Source: an uncultured Candidatus Bathyarchaeia archaeon (GTDB lineage: Archaea > Thermoproteota > Bathyarchaeia > TCS64). From it: a DNA stretch of 57,976 bases. Each line of letters begins with the position of its first letter. The first letter of the stretch is position 1. Both the position numbers and the translations under genes were made by a program. This document shows positions 44,282 through 53,205 of the stretch, in pieces. A model generated the notes under the pieces. The model was not told the DNA's origin and ran no database searches. It saw only the letters and a program-made list of their open reading frames with translations. The stretch is from contig CAZIAF010000001.1 of assembly GCA_964537625.1 (NCBI GenBank), forward strand, positions 1-57,976. Reading direction: 5' to 3'.

Positions 44282-46150
44282 TTAGACGCGTAACTTCTTC
44301 ATAGCTGACTCGCATTCGGTTAATCCCAATTTCTTTAGGGTCTCCTTCGTTGGGATGCCCTTGTTGTCCCAGCCGAGGGTTTCGAAGTACTTTTGGAGTT
44401 TTTCGTCAACGATTTTTTTGTCGGTTATCTTACCCTTAAAGGGGCCGCTTGGGAGCGGTTCATAGAATCTAGGGGGGTTGTCATCGTCCTTAATTGGTTC
44501 CCAGGTAACATCTGGGCCGCCGAGTAACATCAAGACCTTCTGGAGGGTAACGATCCTAGGGCCGGTGACGCGGCGCCAGCTCTCAAGAGTAATTGGGAAC
44601 CCTGTGACCGCCTTAGCGAAGTCGAAGACGAGCTCCTGAGGTACGCCATAGTAGCAGAAGTTGCAGAAGACGGCGGAGTCTGTGAAGATGGCTCCACTCA
44701 TGTCGGTGTAACCATCGACAGCCGTGGATGTATGGTCTCCTCCCTGAACTGAAGCGGCGTATGCGATGTCGTGAGTGTAGTCTGCATCGCTACGAGTACC
44801 GTGAGCTCCGATCTCGATGCCTTTAACGTGTACCGCAAATTTTAGTAACTCTTCAGATTTCATCTTTTTCATCTGCGAGATCTTGATGGCTGCGCGGTAT
44901 GTTCCCTCGGCGAGAGTATCGCCGATCTTCTCACGTTTAGCGATGAGCCAGGCGAGTTTATCCATTGACTCAGCGTCACCCCAGATTGGTTTGAATCCAA
45001 AGTCCGACTCCTTGAGTATCCCACGTTGGTATAACTCTGCCGCGAAAGCCATTGTATTTGGACCGTTGATACCTGAATGACCGAGGTTGTCGATCAATGC
45101 ACTCATGTGGATATTGTCGGCGGGATCGAAGATGCCTAGGTTTGTGCCGCAGTAAGCTTGGAGCTCGTAGTCAGGCATATCTGTGATATCTCCCTTCCAT
45201 CTACCATTTTTGACGCAGCTCACCTTCATACAGTTGGTTGTGCAACCGAAGTCCGCCCACTTCTTCTTGACCCAAAACTGGTTCTCGAACTTAGGGCCGC
45301 CCATGCTCTTCTCGTCGTGCCATTCTTCCTGCCAGTTGCGGACGGGTTCGGAACTAGTATCGGCTCCGACGGAGTAGCCACCATAGCCGGTACCCCAGCG
45401 ACGCATATTGGTTCGAGTCCAAAGGTGCTCATGGGTTCTTTTGAGCAGCAGCTTCACTGCCTCAGGCGCATCGACCTTGGGGATCATGCCCCGTCCTTTA
45501 GCGACAATGGCTTTGAGGTTCTTGCTTCCCATCACAGAGCCGTAGCCACCGTAGCCGCAGGCGTGACAGAGCTTACTCATGACAGCCGCGTTTCTAACCA
45601 TTTTCTCACCAGCTGGACCGATGTAGATCATACCCGGCTCTTTCCAGAGGCCAATCAATGGCTTCTTCTTAGAGAGTTCAGTAGTGACCTCTTTGTTCAG
45701 AATCCTAATTGTGTCCTCACCAATTGTCCCCCAGAGATGCTTCGCCCCTTTAATCTCGCCACCCTCGTCAGTGATCTGTATGTAGACGGGCTCATCGGCT
45801 TTCCCTGTAACAATAACGCCGTCGTATCCCGCCATCTTGAGCTCGGACGCGAACTCGGTTGAGGCGGTAGAGCCTACAACTCCGTTGCTCAACGGGGACT
45901 TAGCGGTACACATGATCCTGGCACCTGGATAGATGGCTGTCATTGGCCCGGTGAGAGCGAGGAAGACATTCTCGGGACTTAGAGCGTCGACGTCTCCCCA
46001 TCTCTTGCCAATTCTGTCCCATAGGATCTTTGAGGCTAAGCCGCGACCACCGAAGTACATCTCCAGCGTCTCATCGTTGAATACTGTGTCCTTGATCTTC
46101 TTCTTAGAGAGATCGACGTCGAGGAACTTACCTGCATATCCGCCGGGCAT
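44282..46150 (-). CDS. AOR-family tungstopterin oxidoreductase, paralogue 1 (WOR5/AorB-like, partnered with an Fe-S subunit)
   Basis: 622 aa. MPGGYAGKFLDVDLSKKK...GGRGLASKILW. The Cys motif is GCTTNCMKVSC (Cx3Cx4C). Confidence 0.9.
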   Translation of the reverse strand: MPGGYAGKFLDVDLSKKKIKDTVFNDETLEMYFGGRGLASKILWDRIGKRWGDVDALSPENVFLALTGPMTAIYPGARIMCTAKSPLSNGVVGSTASTEFASELKMAGYDGVIVTGKADEPVYIQITDEGGEIKGAKHLWGTIGEDTIRILNKEVTTELSKKKPLIGLWKEPGMIYIGPAGEKMVRNAAVMSKLCHACGYGGYGSVMGSKNLKAIVAKGRGMIPKVDAPEAVKLLLKRTHEHLWTRTNMRRWGTGYGGYSVGADTSSEPVRNWQEEWHDEKSMGGPKFENQFWVKKKWADFGCTTNCMKVSCVKNGRWKGDITDMPDYELQAYCGTNLGIFDPADNIHMSALIDNLGHSGINGPNTMAFAAELYQRGILKESDFGFKPIWGDAESMDKLAWLIAKREKIGDTLAEGTYRAAIKISQMKKMKSEELLKFAVHVKGIEIGAHGTRSDADYTHDIAYAASVQGGDHTSTAVDGYTDMSGAIFTDSAVFCNFCYYGVPQELVFDFAKAVTGFPITLESWRRVTGPRIVTLQKVLMLLGGPDVTWEPIKDDDNPPRFYEPLPSGPFKGKITDKKIVDEKLQKYFETLGWDNKGIPTKETLKKLGLTECESAMKKLRV

Positions 46151-46151
46151 A

Positions 46152-46673
46152 TTATATCACCTTTTCTCCCTTCTCGCCGAAGAAGAATACAGCGAGGTCC
46201 TTTGCTGTCTCGATTGGGTGTCTACTGAAAAGTTTTCGATGGACACTCGGGCCCTCCGAGACGAGAGTCAAGGCATTATATCCTGCCTCAGTGCAGACCT
46301 TAACACATTCTGGGTCGCCGTTGCATAGATTACAGATAGTCGCCTTATTGTCTCCGGGATGAAGGAAAGGCACATTACCTGGACACGCTTTGACGCATTT
46401 TCCACAGCTTATACACTTTTCCCTATCTACGAGCACTGCGCCGATACCAGCGTCTGTCGACAACGCTTGGGTAGGGCAACTGCTAACACAGGGGTAGTCT
46501 TTGCATTGGGCACAGAGGTGCGGCACCTCAACGCCGGGGAAAGGCATGAAAACGCGGACGCGGGAAGCCTCAGGCCACATCCATTCCTCATGCTTCATGC
46601 TGCACGCGATCTCGCACCTTTTACATCCGCTGCATGCGGCGTAGTCGCGGGCTATCCAGATGGGTTTGCTCAT
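46152..46673 (-). CDS. Four-cluster [4Fe-4S] electron-transfer subunit (AorA/polyferredoxin-like), copy 1
   Basis: CSGCKRCEIAC, CAQCKDYPCVSSCP, CISCGKCVKACP and CNLCNGDPECVKVC. Its stop lies 1 nt before the AOR ATG. Confidence 0.9.
   Translation of the reverse strand: MSKPIWIARDYAACSGCKRCEIACSMKHEEWMWPEASRVRVFMPFPGVEVPHLCAQCKDYPCVSSCPTQALSTDAGIGAVLVDREKCISCGKCVKACPGNVPFLHPGDNKATICNLCNGDPECVKVCTEAGYNALTLVSEGPSVHRKLFSRHPIETAKDLAVFFFGEKGEKVI
46594..46658. repeat. 65-nt tract 64/65 identical to 49324-49388 (5' end of the duplicated Fe-S subunit genes)
   Basis: Hand alignment: ttcatgctgcacgcgatctcgcacctttt[a/g]catccgctgcatgcggcgtagtcgcgggctatcca. The rest of the duplicated module is visibly more diverged. 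Confidence 0.85.
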
Positions 46674-47020
46674 GTTATCACTAGAACGACTTAGAAGGTT
46701 ATTCGGATAAAAAGGCTTCTTGAATACCTTTTCATAGGCAGAAATGTACGAAAAAACACATCGATTTCGGGAGAACGAAAAAAAATATAGGAGCTAGTAA
46801 AAACCGCTCGCGTATAGTGTTTCATATGTCGAGGTAGCACAAGCTTTCAAATCGAAGGGTCCTCCGCCTCAGAAATCAGTAATCTTCGGGAAGTTGCCTC
46901 TAAGTCGAACTCGACTGGAACCCCGGGAGCGTTCCCCACTAATAAACCGATAAGACTTCCCCTGAACTTTGAGAAGATCCAATATGGAAAAAAGTAGTTA
47001 ACGAGATAAAAATGGGGATT

Positions 47021-48880
47021 TTACGACCTGAGCTTCTTCATGAAGGACTCAAGGTCGGTGAGGTCAAGCCTCTTCAGGGTATCCCTCATCGGGATGCCGT
47101 GCTCGTCCCAACCTAGGGTTTCAAAATACGCTTGGAGCTTCTGATCGACGAGCTTTTTGTCGGTAGTCTTGCCTTTATATGGTCCCTCCGGGAGAGGCTC
47201 GTAGAACCTGGGTGGGTTGTCGTCGTCCTTAAGGGGCTCCCACTTCATATCGGGACCGCCAAGCAGCAGTAACGCTCTCTGTAGGGTAACGATTCTCGGA
47301 CCCGTTTCTTTCCTCCAGCTCTCCACTGTGATGGGGAAGCCAGTGACCGCCTTAGCGAAGTCGAACTCCAGCTCTCGGTTTGTGCGACAAAAGTCGCAGA
47401 ACACACCCGAGTCTGCGAAGATGGCATCGCTCATATCGCTATAGCCGTCTCCAATGGTTGAGGTGTGATCTCCACCCTGTACGTTTCCAGCGTAGCTGGC
47501 ATCATGAACGTAGTCCCTGTCGCTGCGGGTGCCATGAGCTCCGATCTCGATGCCCTTAACGTGCACAACATACTTTAGGAGTTCCTCGGGCTTCTTTCCC
47601 TTTATTTCAGCTATCTTGATGGCTGCGCGGTATGTGCCCTCGGCGAGGATGTCGCCAATACCCTCGCGCTTCGCCATCATCCACGCCAGCTTGGAAAAGG
47701 CGTCCACATCGCCCCACTTGAGTTCAAAGCCTATATCTTTCTTTGTAAGTATCTTGCGTTGGTAAAGCTCAGCAGCGAAGCCCATTGTATTGGGGCCATT
47801 GATACCAGAGTGACCGAGATTGTCGATTAGAGCGCTCATATGAATGTTGTCGACCGGCTCGAATATTCCGAGGTTCGTGCCACAGTAGGCTTGGAGCTCG
47901 TAGTCGGGTAAGTCCGTGATATCTCCTTTCCACTTTCCGTTTTTGATGCAGCTAATCTTCATGCAGTTCGTCGTGCAGTTGAAATCTGCCCATTTCTTCT
48001 TGACCCAAAACTGCTCGAAGCGGGGGCCAGCGTAGCTCTTCTCATCATGCCATTCGGTTTGCCAGTTGCGGATGGGCTCGGAACTAGTGTCGGCGCCGAC
48101 GGTGTAACCGAGGTAGCCGGTTCCGTAACGGCGGAACTCGGTTTTACTAATGAGTATCTGGTGAGCTTTTTTCCAGAGGAGTTTTGTGGCCTCCGGAGCA
48201 TCCGGAGCAGGTATTCTTCCGCGACCTTTAGCAACCACTGCTTTTAGCTTCTTTGAGCCCATTAATGCTCCATATCCTCCATAGCCGGCTGCATGGCAGA
48301 TCTTCGTCATTACTGCGGCGTTCCTGACCAGATTTTCTCCTGCGGGCCCTATGTATACCATACCTGGCTCGCGCCAAGTGCCTACGTTTGGCTTCCGTTT
48401 TTTTAGCTCCTCGCCGACCTCTTTGTTAAGTATCTTGATTGTCTCTTCACCGAGAGTTCCCCAGAGATGGCTCGCGTCGCGAATCTCAGCCTCACCATCG
48501 GTGACGAGAAGATATATTGGCTTCTCGGATTTCCCGGAGATGATGATTCCATCATATCCTGCGCAGCGGAGTTCATGGGCGAACTCGGTGGAGGCTGTAG
48601 AGCCGACAGTGCCCATGCTAGCGGGGCTCTTTCCTGAGACACAGATCCTACCGCCAGGGTAGATGCCAGTCATGGGTCCGGTAAGGATTATCAAAGGACT
48701 ATCGGGTGCGTAGGGATCGAGGTTCTCCCACTTCTTGCCTACGCGATCCCAGAGGATCTTAGCAGCTAGGCCGCGGCCTCCGAAGTACTGTTGGAGTATC
48801 TTTTCATCGAAGCTTACCTCCTTAATCCTGTCCTTGGTGAGGTCTACATCGAGGAACTTGCCTGCATATCCATTTGGCAT
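47021..48880 (-). CDS. AOR-family tungstopterin oxidoreductase, paralogue 2 (tandem duplicate)
   Basis: 619 aa, about 70% identical by eye to 44282-46150. Same NCTTNCMKISC motif. Confidence 0.9.
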   Translation of the reverse strand: MPNGYAGKFLDVDLTKDRIKEVSFDEKILQQYFGGRGLAAKILWDRVGKKWENLDPYAPDSPLIILTGPMTGIYPGGRICVSGKSPASMGTVGSTASTEFAHELRCAGYDGIIISGKSEKPIYLLVTDGEAEIRDASHLWGTLGEETIKILNKEVGEELKKRKPNVGTWREPGMVYIGPAGENLVRNAAVMTKICHAAGYGGYGALMGSKKLKAVVAKGRGRIPAPDAPEATKLLWKKAHQILISKTEFRRYGTGYLGYTVGADTSSEPIRNWQTEWHDEKSYAGPRFEQFWVKKKWADFNCTTNCMKISCIKNGKWKGDITDLPDYELQAYCGTNLGIFEPVDNIHMSALIDNLGHSGINGPNTMGFAAELYQRKILTKKDIGFELKWGDVDAFSKLAWMMAKREGIGDILAEGTYRAAIKIAEIKGKKPEELLKYVVHVKGIEIGAHGTRSDRDYVHDASYAGNVQGGDHTSTIGDGYSDMSDAIFADSGVFCDFCRTNRELEFDFAKAVTGFPITVESWRKETGPRIVTLQRALLLLGGPDMKWEPLKDDDNPPRFYEPLPEGPYKGKTTDKKLVDQKLQAYFETLGWDEHGIPMRDTLKRLDLTDLESFMKKLRS

Positions 48881-48881
48881 T

Positions 48882-49403
48882 TTAGATTACCTCCTCTCCT
48901 TTCTCTCCGAAGAAGTAGACGGCGAGCTCCTTCGCTACCTCGATGGCGGGTCGGCTGAAGGTCTTCCTATTTACGCTGGGACCCTCTTCAACGAGCATGA
49001 GGGCGTTGTAACCTGCCTCTGCGCAGACCTTTACGCATTCGGGGTCGCCGTTGCATAGGTTGCAGATGGTGGCCTTGTTGTCGCCTGGATGCATTATCGG
49101 TATGTTGCCAGGGCATGCCTTTATGCAGGCGCCGCAGCTGATGCATTTCTCCCGATCAACTAAGACTGCCTTCGTTGATGGATCGGTGGAGAGTGCCTGC
49201 ACTGGACACGAAGCCACACATGGGTAGTCCATGCACTGGGCGCAGAGCTGGGGTACCTCGGTGCCGGGGAACGGCATGAAGACGCGGACGCGGGAAGCCT
49301 CGGGCCACATCCAGCCTTCATGTTTCATGCTGCACGCGATCTCGCACCTTTTGCATCCGCTGCATGCGGCGTAGTCGCGGGCTATCCAAATATTCTTTGC
49401 CAT
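48882..49403 (-). CDS. Four-cluster [4Fe-4S] electron-transfer subunit, copy 2
   Basis: 173 aa, about 80% identical by eye to 46152-46673, with the same four Cys motifs. Confidence 0.9.
   Translation of the reverse strand: MAKNIWIARDYAACSGCKRCEIACSMKHEGWMWPEASRVRVFMPFPGTEVPQLCAQCMDYPCVASCPVQALSTDPSTKAVLVDREKCISCGACIKACPGNIPIMHPGDNKATICNLCNGDPECVKVCAEAGYNALMLVEEGPSVNRKTFSRPAIEVAKELAVYFFGEKGEEVI
49324..49388. repeat. Partner copy of the 65-nt near-identical tract (offset exactly 2,730 bp)
   Basis: See 46594-46658. Confidence 0.85.
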
Positions 49404-49603
49404 TCAATCACCAGAAACGATTTATAGAGTACTGGAGTGTATGATAAAACTTCTCTCTATAACCCCCCCGGTTACGATATGTTCGATAAACAATATCGAA
49501 AGCGTAATTCAGACCCGAAAAATGTCTTAACTCAGAAGAACTTCGAAAAAAAGATTTTTTTTCTGATATAATCAGCGGAATAAATTCAATTTTGAGTTAT
49601 TCC

Positions 49604-50914
49604 TCATTTAACCCATTTTCGACGCGCTTCACCTACAGCGAAGACGGATCCTGTTACTAAGACCATATCTCCTCTTCTCGATTGGTGGAGGGCTTTATTT
49701 ACCGCTTCTTTCACGTTCTCAATCGACTCCCAATGTTTCCCATGCTTCTCTATCTCGGCTCCTATTCTAGTCCTCTCAGCGGCTCTCCCCATGACGGTGT
49801 GGCTTGTGACTATGAATCTATCAACTACTGAGGCGAGGTAGGCAATCATCAGAGGAATATTCTTATCGCTGCTGATACTTACAACTGCGTTAAGTCTTCT
49901 GTGTGGAAGGTCCTTGATCGCTTCTGCTAGGGATTTCATAGCCTCTGCATCCTTCGCAGAATCAAGTACGACAAGGGGCGACTCCTGCATGACCTCTAAT
50001 CTACCAGGCCAGCTTACATGGGCGAGACCATTGGTGATAGCTGATTTTGGTACATTGAAGTTATAGCGACTTAGGGCTTCAATAGTCCCAACAGCTGTGG
50101 CGGCGTTGAATAATTGGAAGCCACCGAGCAGCCGCGTATAGAGTGTATAGTCACCCTTCAGGCCTTCAACGATGAAACTTTGTCCCTTGAGATCCGAATT
50201 GATTTTCCTGAAGCTAATCTCTTTCCCGACACGATAGATCTCGGTGTTGAGCCTTTGACACGTCTCCTTGAAGAGGGCGTAGACGGCGTCGTCCTGGGTC
50301 GCGGTTACTAATACGCTATTAGGTTTTATGATACCGGCTTTCTCGTAAGCTATCTTGAGAACTGTATCTCCGAGAACTTGGGTATGTTCAAGACTGATGT
50401 TTGTGATAATCGAAATAAGGGGTTGAATGACGTTTGTGGCGTCTAGTCTCCCTCCCATCCCCACCTCTAGGACAGCAAAATCAACTTTCCTCTCGGCGAA
50501 GTACTCGAAGGCCAATGCGGTGACTATGTCGAAGAATAGTGGGCGTACGTGTTCAGGCTCCTCATCCAGCTTTTCAATTAAAGGCCTAATCTTGGATACT
50601 AGTCTAACGATTGTGCCCTCAGATATCTCCTCATCGTCGACGACAATGCGCTCAGTGAAGCGATCGAGATGTGGACTAGTGAACAATCCGACACTGTATC
50701 CGGCAGCGCGTAGGATGCTCGCGATCATCGCGGAGGTGCTTCCCTTTCCATTGGTCCCTGTTACATGAATAGATCTAAATTTGTTCTGCGGATTTCCAAG
50801 TAAACCGACAAGACGTTCGATTGGTTCCAACGTCCTGTCCGGTCCGAGTCTCCGTACCTTGAATAGCCATTCAACGGCTTCATTGTAGGTGCTAGTCCCC
50901 AAGGTTACACGCAT
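49604..50914 (-). CDS. folC: Folylpolyglutamate synthase / dihydrofolate synthase-like Mur-ligase-family enzyme
   Basis: VTGTNGKGST P-loop, the EVGMGGRLDATN block and 436 aa length. Confidence 0.8.
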   Translation of the reverse strand: MRVTLGTSTYNEAVEWLFKVRRLGPDRTLEPIERLVGLLGNPQNKFRSIHVTGTNGKGSTSAMIASILRAAGYSVGLFTSPHLDRFTERIVVDDEEISEGTIVRLVSKIRPLIEKLDEEPEHVRPLFFDIVTALAFEYFAERKVDFAVLEVGMGGRLDATNVIQPLISIITNISLEHTQVLGDTVLKIAYEKAGIIKPNSVLVTATQDDAVYALFKETCQRLNTEIYRVGKEISFRKINSDLKGQSFIVEGLKGDYTLYTRLLGGFQLFNAATAVGTIEALSRYNFNVPKSAITNGLAHVSWPGRLEVMQESPLVVLDSAKDAEAMKSLAEAIKDLPHRRLNAVVSISSDKNIPLMIAYLASVVDRFIVTSHTVMGRAAERTRIGAEIEKHGKHWESIENVKEAVNKALHQSRRGDMVLVTGSVFAVGEARRKWVK

Positions 50915-51477
50915 TTACTAGTGCCACCGATAAAGATGTATTTACATTTCGATTGATCGGCTGCTAGAAGAAGTAGCTGTGGATTATGGAGCTTGTATAG
51001 ATTAGCATAGCGACATAGAACATTAGTAGCACCTTAAGCGCTGACTCTGGCATCGGCTTCACTTGGACAGCTAAGTTCGCTGCGACTAGTAAAAGTAACC
51101 CGATGTTAATAACACACACGCAACGGCAACCGGGAAAAGGCTGAACTCGGTACGTCAAAGGAGCTGGGCGAAAGTGAAGTTTTGCCTTCTCTTCTTAAAC
51201 TGGTAAAAAACTTCAACGTTGAAACTATAAATCATTATTGTTAGTAACCAGTTAATTTGGAGGGGTTTAGTTATGATGAATCAAATCGTTATACCTGCAA
51301 GGACTAGAATAAGGACCCGAATAGGCGACGTATTTAGTCCCTTTGTCGTGCCGAGTACGTTGACAGGCTGATAGGGTTAATCACGCTGAGCTTCACTGAT
51401 ATTTCGTATATTCCAGTATTCGCTTAAAGTATAATGGATAATTTTTAAAAAATTGAGTCGAGTGTAGATGGCTCGGC

Positions 51478-52599
51478 TCACTTCATTTGCTTGAAACGGT
51501 TTTTCAAGGCTTTAAGGACTTGGGGGAGAGTTGTGTACTCCATAGCTTCTGGACCTAATCTCGCAGGCTCGAATTCACCCATCCTTCGAAGGAATTGGCT
51601 AATCTGGATCGCCTCTTGGCGGGCACCGTCGAAGGCGACGTCCTCGAAGAAATCGACGATGAGTGGGTTGCCTTCGTCGTCAGCGGCGAGTTTTCCGTTG
51701 CTGATCTGTACTCCTAGGCAGACGATGCGGGGTGGGCCGTCGAAAACTGTACATCTGCTATCCTTGAGACTGACGGGCATGAATGGGCCCCAGTGACTGC
51801 CGCGCATCCAACCAGCAACGAGGTAGGTGTGCTGGAAGGGAGCGATGATCTCTCCGACGCTTGGGAACCCGGAGTTACCGCGGACAAGGCAAACGGGGTC
51901 GTCCTTCCCAACGTAGCTACCGGCAATGAGACTAAGCTTCGTTGTGCTACTTGTGGCAACTATTTCGCTGTCACTGTTTCGCCAGACATTACTCACCATA
52001 TAGCGGCTCGTTGCTCCGATTAGAGCGATTAACTGGTAAAGCTCTTTAGGGGATTCGAGTACGACGGCTTTATCCTTGTAAGCGTCGAAGACCTCGAACT
52101 TGAATCCCCCAGTCATCTTCGGGTCGATCACAAGCCCCGCTGTGTTGCTAGGGTCGGCGAAGATGCGATAGAGAAGATAGTTGAAGCAGCTGGGCTCTGT
52201 TTTGTCGGCAGCGAAGACAACGACCGGATCGCTTCCACGCTCCTCGAACTCCATCTCAGCTACGCCGGGGCCCATTCCCTTTACGTTACCGCTGAAGGCA
52301 TCCTTGAGAAGGTCCTGTCCAGCTCCGTATAGCTTGAGTTCCTTCGCTTTCTTCGTGCCGGCGAGGAATGTGTCCCACGCTAGTTTATGGATATCAGGGT
52401 GATTCTCACCCTTGAAATGGGTCATCAGCAGCTCTAAGTCGTCTCCTGCGTTGAAGACGTAGAAGCTGTTGATGAGGCCGGACTTCTGTGCCTCCTTGAG
52501 CATCCTGTTCGCGATGTTGAACAGTGGCTTCGGGACGACAGAGTGTCCGCCTACGCTACCAATATCGGCTTTTATTAATGATACCGTGGTCTTGACCAT
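51478..52599 (-). CDS. fbp: Fructose-1,6-bisphosphate aldolase/phosphatase (archaeal class V FBPase)
   Basis: MVKTTVSLIKADIGSVGGH... is the characteristic N-terminus. 373 aa from ATG 52599. Confidence 0.95.
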   Translation of the reverse strand: MVKTTVSLIKADIGSVGGHSVVPKPLFNIANRMLKEAQKSGLINSFYVFNAGDDLELLMTHFKGENHPDIHKLAWDTFLAGTKKAKELKLYGAGQDLLKDAFSGNVKGMGPGVAEMEFEERGSDPVVVFAADKTEPSCFNYLLYRIFADPSNTAGLVIDPKMTGGFKFEVFDAYKDKAVVLESPKELYQLIALIGATSRYMVSNVWRNSDSEIVATSSTTKLSLIAGSYVGKDDPVCLVRGNSGFPSVGEIIAPFQHTYLVAGWMRGSHWGPFMPVSLKDSRCTVFDGPPRIVCLGVQISNGKLAADDEGNPLIVDFFEDVAFDGARQEAIQISQFLRRMGEFEPARLGPEAMEYTTLPQVLKALKNRFKQMK

Positions 52600-52687
52600 C
52601 GGGTTACGCCTCACTTATTAGAATATTATTATGATATATAATAATTGGTTCCGGGTTTTCTGAGTAATAGTTACTGTATTTACTGAC

Positions 52688-53065
52688 TCAGATATGCTCA
52701 TCTGGTTTGATGTCGATAATTGGTGAGCCCTCGATAGCGTCTAGGCCGTGCACTAGAATCCTATTGCCTTCGATGTTAAGGAGCTCTACAGTAGTAAGGC
52801 CAATAGGGTTGGGGCGGTGCGGGCTATGTGAAGCGAAGACGCCTCGCTCTTCCGTGGCGCCATGGTGTCGAGGCACGACCCTGAGTATCGCTCTCTGGGC
52901 AAGGTTGTCCGCCTTGTGGAACCAGTAAAGGATGTTGATGCGCTTGAATTTGTCGAGACCCTCAATCCCTGGAATATATTCGGGGTCGATTAAGAGAGTT
53001 GTATAATCTCCCTCGACTTTCTCGACGATGCCGATGAATCTTACGGTACCGCTCAACTTATCCAC
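52688..53065 (-). CDS. TsaA/TrmO-like (UPF0066) domain protein, short form
   Basis: FASHSPHRPNPIGLTTVELL and the YaeB-like beta-barrel pattern. GTG start; 125 aa. Confidence 0.8.
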   Translation of the reverse strand: MDKLSGTVRFIGIVEKVEGDYTTLLIDPEYIPGIEGLDKFKRINILYWFHKADNLAQRAILRVVPRHHGATEERGVFASHSPHRPNPIGLTTVELLNIEGNRILVHGLDAIEGSPIIDIKPDEHI

Positions 53066-53205
53066 GTTCTCCTAAATACTTTGGATGGTTTAACTGCATA
53101 CTATCTCTCGCTGATACCACGCACTTGACTTACCCTATTCTATTTAAGCTGGGTGGGTTATGGACAGTTTCTTATCTTATTAAGGTCCGTTTCCCTTGAT
53201 GGTTT

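Noticed and set aside
45158-45862. Long antisense or alternative-frame ORFs inside strong genes. Examples are 45158-45862 (234 aa), 18889-19407, 2133-2654, 24653-25114, 20606-21274, 6493-6891, 34994-35416 and 57285-57671.
   Set aside because: Each lies wholly within a gene that has clear family signatures on the other strand or frame. Their translations are Ser/Arg/Pro/Leu-rich with no motifs, which is typical of frame shadows in moderately GC-rich coding DNA.
51273-51371. C/D-box sRNA look-alike: ATGATGA at the 5' end and CTGA at the 3' end.
   Set aside because: At about 99 nt it is roughly twice the usual archaeal C/D sRNA length. It has no internal D'/C' boxes and no terminal complementary stem flanking the boxes.
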